Below, piece after piece: positions 1 through 9,938 of a DNA stretch of 64,000 nucleotides (positions within the stretch are counted from its first letter, which is position 1; each line of letters opens with the position of its first letter). Source of the stretch: Dendrobates tinctorius. Taxonomy: Eukaryota. The position numbers and the translations under genes were made by a program. The notes beneath the pieces were generated by a model. It did no database searches and was not told where the DNA came from. It was given only the letters and a program-made list of their open reading frames with translations. The stretch is from assembly GCF_039654945.1 (NCBI RefSeq), contig NW_027361723.1, forward strand, positions 2,480,001-2,544,000, given 5' to 3'.

Positions 1-250
1 CACTAGCCAATTTCTGCCTGTGACATAGCGCTCTGATATTCAGTGGGCCTCACACAATCCATAAGTGTCCAGTGTCCACAAGTGTGTGCAGAAATTCAAA
101 ATCTCCCTTATCCTGTAGTCACTTTGGTCACAGCTGTGCCATCGAGCCTGTGACATAGCGCTCTGATATTCAGTGGGCCTCACACAATCCATAAGTGCCC
201 AGTGTCCACAAGTGTCTGCAGAAATTCTAAATCTCCCCTGTCCTATAGAC
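1..250. repeat. ~130-bp subterminal tandem repeat of the hAT element
   Basis: GCCTGTGACATAGCGCTCTGATATTCAGTGGGCC recurs at ~17 and ~146. The same unit forms the array at 48500-49420 in copy B. Confidence 0.85.
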
Positions 251-306
251 ACCTTGTTTTACATTACTATATAGTTTGTTGGATTTTGTCTACATTTCTA
301 CCAAAA

Positions 307-3300
307 ATGAGGAAGGCTGGTGGAAGAGGCCGTGGAATTGGACGGGGGTTGACAGCTGGTAATGATGGTGTTGGATCTGATGGTAGTGGCAAAAGCAAAA
401 TAGGACCGAATGCAGGAGGTGTTGAGCCTGCGTCATCGTCTGGCTCCACAAGGCCTCAAAGGCTTAGTTTTCTAGGAGTTGGCAAACCGCTTTTAAAGCC
501 AGAGCTGCAGGAAAAAGTTTTGGCTTACATTGCTGACTCAGCCTCCAGCTCGATTGCCTCCTCTTCTGAAGTTGTAAAAAGTAAAAGCACCGAGTCGTCA
601 TTGGAGGCTCATGTTCATGAACCACACCTTTCCTTGTGTCCTTCACCCCAACCAAGATTGAAGGATGACACAGGCCATACTACTGATTACTCCATGGAGC
701 TGTTTTCACATACCATGCCTGGATTATCAAGTGAAATGGTGAATTACCCAGGCCAAGATGAATCTGACATGGAGTGCACTGATGCACAGCCGCTGATGGA
801 TGATTCTGCTGGTACATTCACTCAGAGCACTACATTGTCCTCGCAGTGTACAGAGCCAGATTCTGACCCTGATGAGACTCAGGTGCCCCTTCCCGCACAC
901 TATACCACCATACACGGAGACACAGAGGAAGGTGCACATGACATTGAAGAGGAGGTGATGGATGACCCAGTTGTTGACCCAGATTGGTATCCATTGGGGG
1001 AAGAGGGTGCTGCTTCCAATAGCTCAGATGAGGAGCATCCACAGGAGACATCGACATCGCAACAGCTGTTATCTGGCAGGCACGGAGCACTCCAAAGACA
1101 GGTTCCAAAAATCAAAAGAGTTGCTGGACAGCTTGTCCAGAGGGTCAAAATATCACAGCGTGCTAGGCCGCAAAATGTCTGCCAAAGTAGGAAGAGTGCA
1201 GTGTGGCACTTTTTTGAACAAAATCCTCATGATCAGGCCAAGGTTATCTGTAAGAAGTGCGCAAAGACCTTTAGCCGAGGGAAAAATCTGAAAAATTTGA
1301 ATACCAGTTGCATGCTTAGACATTTAACCACCATTCACTTGCAAGCGTGGACACAACACCAAACCTCAAGTAGCACATGTGCAACTGATCACAAAGAAGG
1401 TAGTCAGCAATGCTACATTGTTTCCCCCACTGTAAGCCCACCGGTCAGCACAGCAGCAAATGTTGAGGTGTCATTGCAAGGCCACAGCAGTCAGGGAATC
1501 CCACTGTTATATCAACGAAATACTGAATCTAGGCCATCAGAAAGAACACCAACTCCATCACCATCATCAACCCTCTCTCAGTCTGCCCTGTCCACCGCTA
1601 CTTCCACCATATGCAGCTCTCAAGTCCAGCTCACCCTCCCAGACACTATGAGTAGGTCAAGAAAGTACTCAGTCTCTCATCCGCGTACACTGGGTTTGAA
1701 CGCCCACATTGCCAAACTAATCTCGTTTGAGATGCCCTATCGGTTGGTGGAAAGCGCAGCTTTCCGCGAACTCATGGCCTATGCAATACCACGCTATGAC
1801 CTACCCAGTCACCACTTCTCTCGCAAAGCCATCCCAGCCCTCCACCATCATGTGAAAGACCGCATTGTCCATGCACTCAAGCAGTCAGTGAGCGGAAAGG
1901 TGCACCTCACAACTGATGCATGGTCCAGTCGGCATGGCCAGGGCCGTTACGTGTCCATCTCTGCGCACTGGGTTAATGTGGTGGATGCAGGGTCCACAGG
2001 GGACAGCGGTGGTGGGACAGTGCTGCCTAGCCCACGGTATAGGAAACAGTTGGCTGTAGGCATTCGACCCTCCTCCTCCTCCTCCAGAAGCGAAAGCTCG
2101 TCCACAGAGCGCAGTCGTACGAGCACTCCATCTGCAGCTGCCACTGTTGCACACGAGGTGTCCCCCTATCGAGCAGCTAGTGGAAAGCGTCAGCAGGCTG
2201 TGTTGCAGATGATGTGTTTGGGCGACAGACACACCGCCGAGGTGCTGGCCGAATACTTGAAGCGACAAACTGAGTCATGGCTGGGCAGTGTACATCTTGA
2301 GGCAGGCAAGGTAGTTAGTGATAACGGCCGTAATTTTGTGGCAGCCATAGCCTTTTCAAAACTCAGCCACATACCTTGCTTGGCTCACACCTTGAACCTG
2401 GTGGTGCAGTGCTTCCTCAAAAATTATCCGGAGTTAACAGCCCTGCTCCAGAAGGTGCGAAGACTGTGCGCGCACATCCGCCGGTCGCCTGTACACTCCG
2501 TTCGTATGCAGAAGCTGCAGCGATTGCTCCACCTTCCCAACCACCGCCTCATTATCGACATTGCAACAAGGTGGAACTCCACCCTGCACATGGTTGAGCG
2601 GCTGTGCGAGCAGAGGCAGGCCATAATGCATTTGTGGGAGGATACACGGCCAGGCACTTTGAGAGCAGACATGGAGTTGACAGGTGTGCAGTGGTTGAAG
2701 CTGAAAGACCTCTGTAAAGTCCTTCAGTGTTTTGAGGAATGCACACGGCTGGTAAGCGCAGACGACGCCATCCTAAGCATGAGCATCCCACTTATGCGTC
2801 TGCTCATGCAAACTTTGACGCACCTTAAGGAGCAGGCGTCTGCAGCCAATGTTGATGAGGAGGAAGAGGAGGAGGGAATCCTTGATGACATTCAGCCATT
2901 GTCTGCTCAGGGACCTCTCCTGGACGAGGTGGAGGAAGAAGAGGAGGAGGATGATGATGGGGATGATTACTTAGGGGAGGAGGATGCATCTCGTGGGGCA
3001 AGTGAAAATGTTGGCGTGGCAAGGTCTGGTACAGGGTTTGTGCGTGACTGGAGGGATGTGGATTTGCCAGAAAGTGCTCCTCCAACCAGCACTCGCAGTG
3101 CATCATTGACACCGGGAACATTGGCCCACATGTCAGATTATGCCTTGCAGATCCTAAAAAGGGACCCCCGCATTGCCAAAATGATGAACGATGACGACTA
3201 CTGGTTGGCCAGCATCCTGGATCCACGCTATAAAGGCAAATTACAAAACATCATGCCACAGGAGAACCTTGACCTACTATTGGCTAATAAACAAGCAACT

Positions 3301-3828
3301 CTGGTAAATCGGTTGCTTAAGGCATTCCCAGCACACAGCAGCGGTAATGGTTCTCACACGAGCCGTACGGGCCGGGGGCAGCTTGGCAGAGGTGTTCGTG
3401 GTGCACACAGCAGAAGTGGCGTTGGAGACAGTGGTTTCATGACAATGTTGTGGACTGATTTTTCAAGTACCGCTCACACAACTGGTAATACTGCATTGAT
3501 GGAAAGTGACAGGAGTCAGCAGTTGTCAACTATGGTTACAAACTACTTTTCCTCCCATATCGATGTTCTTCCACACAGGTCATTCCCCTTTGACTATTGG
3601 GCCGCTAAACTGGACACCTGGCCTGAATTGGCACAATATGCCTTACAGGAGCTCGCTTGCCCAGCTGCAAGTGTGCTATCGGAAAGAGTCTTCAGTGCAG
3701 CTGGATCAATCCTGACAGAAAAAAGGACCCATCTGTCAACCCAAAATGTGGATGATCTAACCTTCATTAAAATGAACCATGCATGGGTTTCCAAGGATTT
3801 TGTCCCACCTTCCCCTGATGACACATAG
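307..3828 (+). CDS. hAT transposase (BED zinc finger + DDE + hATC dimerisation domain), 1173 aa from the first ATG
   Basis: Uninterrupted ORF. BED finger SAVWHFF..CKKC..LRHL..IH; LTTDAW, VSDNG, CLAHTLNL, TRWNST, LDPRYK, ASVLSERVFS motifs. Confidence 0.93.
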   Translation: MRKAGGRGRGIGRGLTAGNDGVGSDGSGKSKIGPNAGGVEPASSSGSTRPQRLSFLGVGKPLLKPELQEKVLAYIADSASSSIASSSEVVKSKSTESSLEAHVHEPHLSLCPSPQPRLKDDTGHTTDYSMELFSHTMPGLSSEMVNYPGQDESDMECTDAQPLMDDSAGTFTQSTTLSSQCTEPDSDPDETQVPLPAHYTTIHGDTEEGAHDIEEEVMDDPVVDPDWYPLGEEGAASNSSDEEHPQETSTSQQLLSGRHGALQRQVPKIKRVAGQLVQRVKISQRARPQNVCQSRKSAVWHFFEQNPHDQAKVICKKCAKTFSRGKNLKNLNTSCMLRHLTTIHLQAWTQHQTSSSTCATDHKEGSQQCYIVSPTVSPPVSTAANVEVSLQGHSSQGIPLLYQRNTESRPSERTPTPSPSSTLSQSALSTATSTICSSQVQLTLPDTMSRSRKYSVSHPRTLGLNAHIAKLISFEMPYRLVESAAFRELMAYAIPRYDLPSHHFSRKAIPALHHHVKDRIVHALKQSVSGKVHLTTDAWSSRHGQGRYVSISAHWVNVVDAGSTGDSGGGTVLPSPRYRKQLAVGIRPSSSSSRSESSSTERSRTSTPSAAATVAHEVSPYRAASGKRQQAVLQMMCLGDRHTAEVLAEYLKRQTESWLGSVHLEAGKVVSDNGRNFVAAIAFSKLSHIPCLAHTLNLVVQCFLKNYPELTALLQKVRRLCAHIRRSPVHSVRMQKLQRLLHLPNHRLIIDIATRWNSTLHMVERLCEQRQAIMHLWEDTRPGTLRADMELTGVQWLKLKDLCKVLQCFEECTRLVSADDAILSMSIPLMRLLMQTLTHLKEQASAANVDEEEEEEGILDDIQPLSAQGPLLDEVEEEEEEDDDGDDYLGEEDASRGASENVGVARSGTGFVRDWRDVDLPESAPPTSTRSASLTPGTLAHMSDYALQILKRDPRIAKMMNDDDYWLASILDPRYKGKLQNIMPQENLDLLLANKQATLVNRLLKAFPAHSSGNGSHTSRTGRGQLGRGVRGAHSRSGVGDSGFMTMLWTDFSSTAHTTGNTALMESDRSQQLSTMVTNYFSSHIDVLPHRSFPFDYWAAKLDTWPELAQYALQELACPAASVLSERVFSAAGSILTEKRTHLSTQNVDDLTFIKMNHAWVSKDFVPPSPDDT

Positions 3829-4510
3829 GGTGACAGAAAAATGGCTTGCTTTGGTACACCTCTTCCTGGGACTTGACCTATTTCGCCTTTTGCATCAGCT
3901 GAATGTCCAACATCAACATTTGCCACTTTCTAAAACTCCCTAACTGTGCTGCCTCCCCCCCCCCCCCCCCCCCCATGGCCGGGGTCACCACCTAGCGCAC
4001 GACACCGTGCGAGTGCCGTTGCCCTGGACAGGTGGGTAGGCCGACTCTTGGGCGCGGGCACTGGCACAGGGTCCCTCATAGTGCAATCAAGTGTCGCTGA
4101 CGGTGGTGGTGCACACCCGCCGTCAGACACACCGCCGTACTATGAGGGGCCCAGTGCCAGTACCGACGCCCACGAGTAGGCCCCCCTTGCTTGGGCAGGG
4201 CCCCAGCATTTGCAATCTTTACCTCTCCCTGCTCCTCCGCTATGTAGTCTGGGCCGTCAAATCCATACTGTGCCTGACACCGTCTGAGCCTGCCTCCTGA
4301 GACATATATTTTGAATGTGTACACTATGCTATCCATACATGTTATCCGGGGATACGGTACCCTTTCTCACCTTTGTGCAATCACGTGTAATCCATACTGG
4401 GCCTGAGAACGGCTGGCGAGCTGTTAAGCAAGCTACAGCACCTGTGGTTTGCACACGTAAGTTTTTCATTTTTCAGGAATGACGGTTAGGCCTAATTCCG
4501 TAACTGCGGT

Positions 4511-4983
4511 TGACCTGCACTTACTGGGAAATCATCGTTCGCGGGTAATAATTGTAATCACAGATCCCCATCACTAACGTTGTTCAGCGGGTTATCTGCA
4601 CCTGTAAGCGACAAACGCTGGCCTTTTCAGTGTAGCGCACATGCAGCCACGGACATGTAAGGGCATGACACACCAGTTATTGGCCAATCTCATGTGCCAG
4701 AGCCTCACGTGTCCCTCTAGTAAGCCGGACTCGGACCGCGGGGCATGACGGAGTCTCGTTCGTTAACGGAATTAAGCTTGCAATGTGTGCATCTGTTCTG
4801 TAGCTGGCATGGTTGAGGTTTCCCAGGTGGAGTCGAATTAAACCGTAGGCTCCACTCCTGGTGGTGCCCTTCTGGACATTCCTTTAAGGTTCAGCTTTGC
4901 AACCATACTGCCCACGTAAAACAAACACTTTGCCTTCATGAAGGCTGTTTGGAGGGTCATGACTCATGGGAATAACGCCGCCC
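4511..4983 (-). pseudogene. Degenerate 18S rRNA-derived fragment inside hAT copy A
   Basis: The + strand contains reverse complements of conserved 18S blocks in the correct order, e.g. CTTACTGGGAA, CAGTGTAGCGC, GAGTCTCGTTCGTTA.CGGAATTAA, GGCTCCACTCCTGGTGGTGCCCTT, TTCCTTTAAG.TTCAGCTTTGCAACCATACT, GGGAATAACGCCGCC. Confidence 0.88.
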
Positions 4984-7379
4984 AATCAGTTAACCTGCTA
5001 GAGAGATCCTTCGTTGCTCCCAAGCATGACATCACACTCCCTAGGAGGAAGGTAATGCCACTGTGGCGACCGTACTCCTGGGGGGCGACACAAGTGCACT
5101 GATGCCCAGCCACTGCTCGATGAATCTGCTGGTACATTGACCCAGACCACTACATTCCCCTCGCACGCTACACGGCCTGAATCTGACCCTGATGAAACTC
5201 AGGTTACCCTTCCCATATACAGTTCCATCTTACACGGTGACAAAGAGGAAGCTGCAGATGAAAGTGCAGGTTCGGCCCACCCGCCATCAGACACACCACC
5301 GTACTATCAGGGGCCCTGTGCCAGTGCCGTCGCCAACGAGTGGGCCCCCCCTGCTTGCTCAGGATCACAGCACTTGCAAGGTTGAAATACTGTGCAGTGA
5401 GATGGAAGATGGGAACGACGAGGAGTCCAGACAAGTACAGGGATTCCCTAGCGAGGAGACTTATTTGATTGTTTTCAATGTTGGGACAGCAATTTTTGGG
5501 GAGCACTATACTCTGGAGAATGATAGATGGGGCCCACCATACACTAGAACATTCCAAAGGTGGACATCAGACACTGGAGCAGCATTTACAGGGCCCATTA
5601 TACACTAGAGCATTAGAAATGGGGCCCATTATGTTTGGAGCATTATTTGGGCCCATAAGACAGTGGAGCTTCATCCATGGGGACCAACATATACTGTAGC
5701 ATTATGTGGAGCTCATCATATACTGTTTCAAACATTATATGGGACCAATGATTCTGTATGGAGAAATAGATGGGCCTCGTCATGAGATGTAAAAAGTGAA
5801 GTATTTTTCATTGTACTATACCGCTATTTCTCTGCCGTATCGGAGCATCATGAGTTGTGCTATGTGTTAAAGGGGCGCTCTTTCGCCCAGGGCACATGAA
5901 AACCTGGAGCCAGCCCTCCCCCCCCCCCCACAACTTTAGCCAAATAACCCCCATTTTTCAGTGCGTAACTTGTATTATGAAGTCAATTAAGGTTGACAAG
6001 CTTAAGTAAGAAGAATTGATGCTTTTGGCATTCAAATGGGCACTGTAGGTGTGTTTCCTGTCCTCCTCTCACTGCTGACTTATTCCCCATTGACTTACAT
6101 TGGGTTTCGTGTTTCGGGACGACCCCGACTTTTCCCTATAATCGGCCGATCTTGCTCGACCCGACTTTTGGAAAAGTTGGGTTTCACTTAACGAAACTCG
6201 ACCCTAAAAAACCAAAAGTCGCTCAACTCTAGCGACGACACCTCAACATTTTCAGCTTGTGGTGTGCTAACCAGTGGGCTTACAGTGGGGGAAGTGATGT
6301 AGCGTTGCTGACTACCTTCATTCGGAGCAGGTGCACATGTGGTACGTGAGGTTTGGTAGTCCGTCCACGCTTGCAATTGCATGGTGGTTAAATGTCTAAG
6401 CATGCAACTGGTATTCAAATTTCTCAGTTTTTTCCCTCGACTAAAGGTCTTTGCACACTTCTTACAGATTACCTTTGCCTGATCATTAGGATTTTGTTCA
6501 AAAAAGTGCCACACTGCACTCTTCCTAGTATGGAAGACATTTTGAGGCCTTGCACGCTGTGCTAATTTGACCGTCTGGCCAAGCTGTCTTGCAACTCTTG
6601 GTTTTTGTAACCCGTTTTTGGACTGCTCCGGGCCTGCCAGATAACCGCTGTTGCGATGTCGATGTCTGCTGCGGATCCTCCTCCTCCTCCTCTTCTGAGC
6701 TATTGGCAGCAGCACCCTCTTCCTCCAATGGATGCCAATCTGGGTCATCCATCACCTCCTCTTCAATTTCATGTGCACCTTCCTCTGTGTCACCATGTAA
6801 GGTGGTATAGTATGCGGGAAGGGGCACCTGAATTTCATCAGGGTCAGATTCTGGCTCCGTACACTGCGAGGACAATGTCGTGCTCTGAGTGAATGTACCA
6901 GCAGAAAAATCTAGTAGTGGCTGTGCATCAGTGCACTCCATGTCAGATTCATCGTGGATTGGGGAATTCACGATTTGACTTGATAACCCAGGCATGGTAT
7001 GTGAAAAGAGCTCCATGGAGTAATCTGTAGTGTGGCCTGCCACATCCTTCACTTTTGGTAGGGGTGAAGGACACAAGGAAAGGTGTTCCTGACCAGGAGA
7101 CTCCACTGACGACTCAGTGCTTTTATTTTTTGAAACTTCAGAAGAGGAGGCGATAGAGCTGGAGGCTGAGTCAGCAATGTAAGCCAAAACTTGTTCCTGA
7201 AGCTCCGGCTTTAAAAGCAGTTTACCTACTCCCAGAAAAGGGAGCCTTCGAGGCCTTGTGGAGCCAGACAATGACGCAGGCTCAACACCTCCTGCCTGAG
7301 GTGCTATTGTGCTTTTGCCACTACCAGCAGATGCACCCCCACCAGTACCAGCTGGCAACCCCTGCCCACTTCCACCATA

Positions 7380-8937
7380 CAGTCATGGTCAAAAGTTGAG
7401 AATGACACAAATATAAATTTTTACAAAGTCTACTGCTTCATTTTTTCTAATGGCAATTTGCATATACTCCAGAATGTTATAAAGAGTGATCAGCTTAACA
7501 GCAATTACTTGCAAAGTCAATATTTGCCTAGAAAATGAACTTTATCCCCCAAAACACATTTCAACATCATTGCAGCCCTGCCTTAAAAAGACCAGCTAAC
7601 ATCCTTTCAGTGATTGCTCCATTAACACAGGTGTGGGTGTTGATGAGGACAGGGCTGGAGATCAATCTGTCATGATTAAGTAAGAATGACACCACTGGAC
7701 ACTTTAAAAGGAGGCTGGTGCTTGGCAGCATTGTTTCTCTTCAGTTAACCATGGTTATCTCTAAAGAAACACGTGCAGTCATCATTGCACTGCACAAAAA
7801 TGGCCTAACAGGGAAGAGTATCGCAGCTAGAAAGATTGCACCTCAGTCAACAATCTATCGCATCATCAAGAACTTCAAGGAGAGAGGTTCCCTTGTTGCC
7901 AAAAAGGCTCCAGGGCGCTCAAGAAAGACCAGCAAGCGCCAGGACTGTCTCTTAAAAGTGTTTCAGCTGCGGGATCAGGCTACCAGCAGTGCAGAGCTTG
8001 CTCAGGAATGGCAGCAGGCAGGTGTGAGTGCATCTGCACGCACTGTGAGGCGGAGACTCTTGGAGCAAGGCCTGGTCTCAAGGAGGGCAGCAAAGAAGCC
8101 ACTTCTCTCCAGGAAAAACATCATGGACAGACTGATATTCTGCAAGAGGTACAGGGAGTGGACTGCTGAGGACTGGGGTAAAGTCATTTTCTCTGATGAA
8201 TCCCCTTTTCGATTGTTTGGGACATCTGGAAAACGGCTTATTCGGAGAAGACCAGGTGAGCGCTACCACCAGTCTTGTCTCATGCCAACTGTCAAGCATC
8301 CTGAAACCATTCATGTGTGGGGTGGCTTCTCAGCCAAGGGCATGGGCTCTCTCTCAGTCTTGCCTAAAAACACAGCCATGAATAAAGAATGGTACCAGAA
8401 TGTCCTCCAAGAGCAACTTCTCCCAACCGTCCAAGAGCAGTTTGGCGATCAACAATGCCTTTTTCAACATGATGGAGCACCTTGCCATAAAGCAAAGGTG
8501 ATAACTAAATGGCTCAGGGAACAAAACAGATTTTGGGACCATGGCCTGGAAACTCCCCAGATCTTAATCCCATTGAGAACTTGTGGTCAATCATCAAGAG
8601 ACGGGTGGACAAACAAAAGCCTTCAAATTCAGACAAAATTAAAGCATTGATTTTGCAAGAATGGACTGCTATCAGTCAGGATTTGATCCAGAAGTTGATT
8701 GAGAGCATGCCAGGGAGAATTGCTGAGGTCCTGAAGAAGAAGGGTCAACACTGCAAATATTGACTTGCTGCATTAACTCATTCTAACTGTCAATAAAACC
8801 TTTTGCTACTCATATGATTGCAATTATATTTCTGTATGTGATAAAAACATCTGACAAACACACATAAAAACCAGAGGGCAGCAGATCATGTGAAAATATA
8901 ATATTTGTGTCATTCTCAAAACTTTTGGCCATGACTG
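7380..8937 (+). mobile_element. Tc1/mariner DNA transposon
   Basis: ~37-bp TIRs CAGTCATGG(T/C)CAAAAGT..GAGAATGACACAAATAT; TA TSD at 7378-7379 and 8938-8939. Confidence 0.95.
7751..8763 (+). pseudogene. Tc1 transposase (DD34E) with one frameshift near 8525
   Basis: HTH N-terminus; FSDES and QHDGAP in one frame, SPDLNPIEN in the next; AATAAA at ~8792. Confidence 0.9.
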
Positions 8938-9370
8938 TACTTCCTCATTTTTTTGAAAAATGTACCCAAAATACCACCAGCTATATGGTACAAGGTGTAT
9001 ATAGTATTGGGGAGAATTGGAATCTCCCTAGAGATTTTAGGAGGCTGACAATGATGCTCTCAGTCCAAGTATGGCAGCAGGCAGCCTAATAAGCAGGACT
9101 GCTGCACACAAAAGTGTGGAAAAATGAACGCTTGGTAACTGTGCAGAAGAGAGGAAGAAAAGTACTTTTGCTTTTAAAAAAGCAGTTTGCTCAGCAGTGT
9201 GCAAACAGCAATGCAGCTATCAGGGAGCCTTGTAAGGCAGCCTAACAACCAACAGAGCTGATGCACAAAAATAGAGCCTCACCTGTCACTGCACACAGTG
9301 TTGTACAGTGGAAATCGCTACCAGCAGAAGCAGTTTTTTTGTTCTTCTTCCCTGCCCAACGCTCTCCCTT

Positions 9371-9938
9371 TATTAGGGCTGGTGGAACGCACCAAATGAT
9401 AAAGTAGTAGTAGGTGCGTTTGCAGCCGGGGTCCACTGTGCAGAGGTGGTACACTGCTGCTAGACAATGGCGGAAGAGTAGAGCAGCGTGAAAACAGTCA
9501 CACGTGGGTTACGTCACCCAGTGTGAGCAGGAGCGGACTCTGTTAATTCACAGAACCGCACAACCACTGAACGTGGATGCCGGAGCCTGTTTAGCTCACA
9601 GAGCCCGGCCAAAGAGCGCACAGCAAACAGCCACAGAACTCTACCTCAAGGACACGGGGTTAGAGTCCCTCTAGGCCCACTGAGCGCGCGGCGTCGCTAC
9701 CACGAGCGCCGCTATAGACGCTGACTATGGAGTGCGGAGCACTTGCACTGAGGCGTGCCGAGTCACTGGTGTGGACTAAAGCCTGACGCCAACTCTGACC
9801 TACCTACGCCTAAGCGCTAGCAGGCTAGGCTGCATAACACATGCGTACCAAGGGTAGGGTTGAAAATACAGTGTATCCTAGCGCATGGCCGAGCGGCCAT
9901 GTGAACCTTTTACAGCCACGAGCGTCCGGGACCTTCCT
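9371..9938. mobile_element. Truncated LTR related to the solo LTR at 38809-39703
   Basis: Begins TATTAGGGCTGGTGGAACGCACC versus TGTTAGGGTCGGCGGAACGCACC. Shares CCGGGGTCCAC, GAGCGGACTCTGTT and CTAGCGCATGGCCGAGC...CCGGGACCTTCC. Confidence 0.75.

Larger units (their letters stand above)
1..6231 (+). mobile_element. hAT-superfamily DNA transposon, copy A (5' end lies left of the window)
   Basis: Carries a transposase ORF. The 3' terminus ...GTCGCTCAACTCTA ends at 6231 and is the reverse complement of the TIR TAGAGTTGAGCGA of copy B. It is colinear with the reverse complement of 41759-48800. Confidence 0.93.
6232..9370 (-). mobile_element. Older related hAT element (5' part, frameshifted transposase), interrupted by hAT copy A, Tc1 and an LTR
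   Basis: ORFs 6525-7358 and 6188-6748 are paralogous to the transposase N-terminus and BED finger. The ATG AGG AAG start is at 8948, beyond the Tc1. 9165-9370 resembles 49750-49965 of copy B. Confidence 0.85.

Noticed and set aside
307-3828. Domesticated ZBED host gene
   Set aside because: TIRs, a TSD and multiple related copies indicate a mobile element.
4108-4140. Match to the SSU rRNA motif GTACACACCGCCCGTC
   Set aside because: Short, gapped, opposite in orientation to the real fragment, and explained as a hairpin arm.
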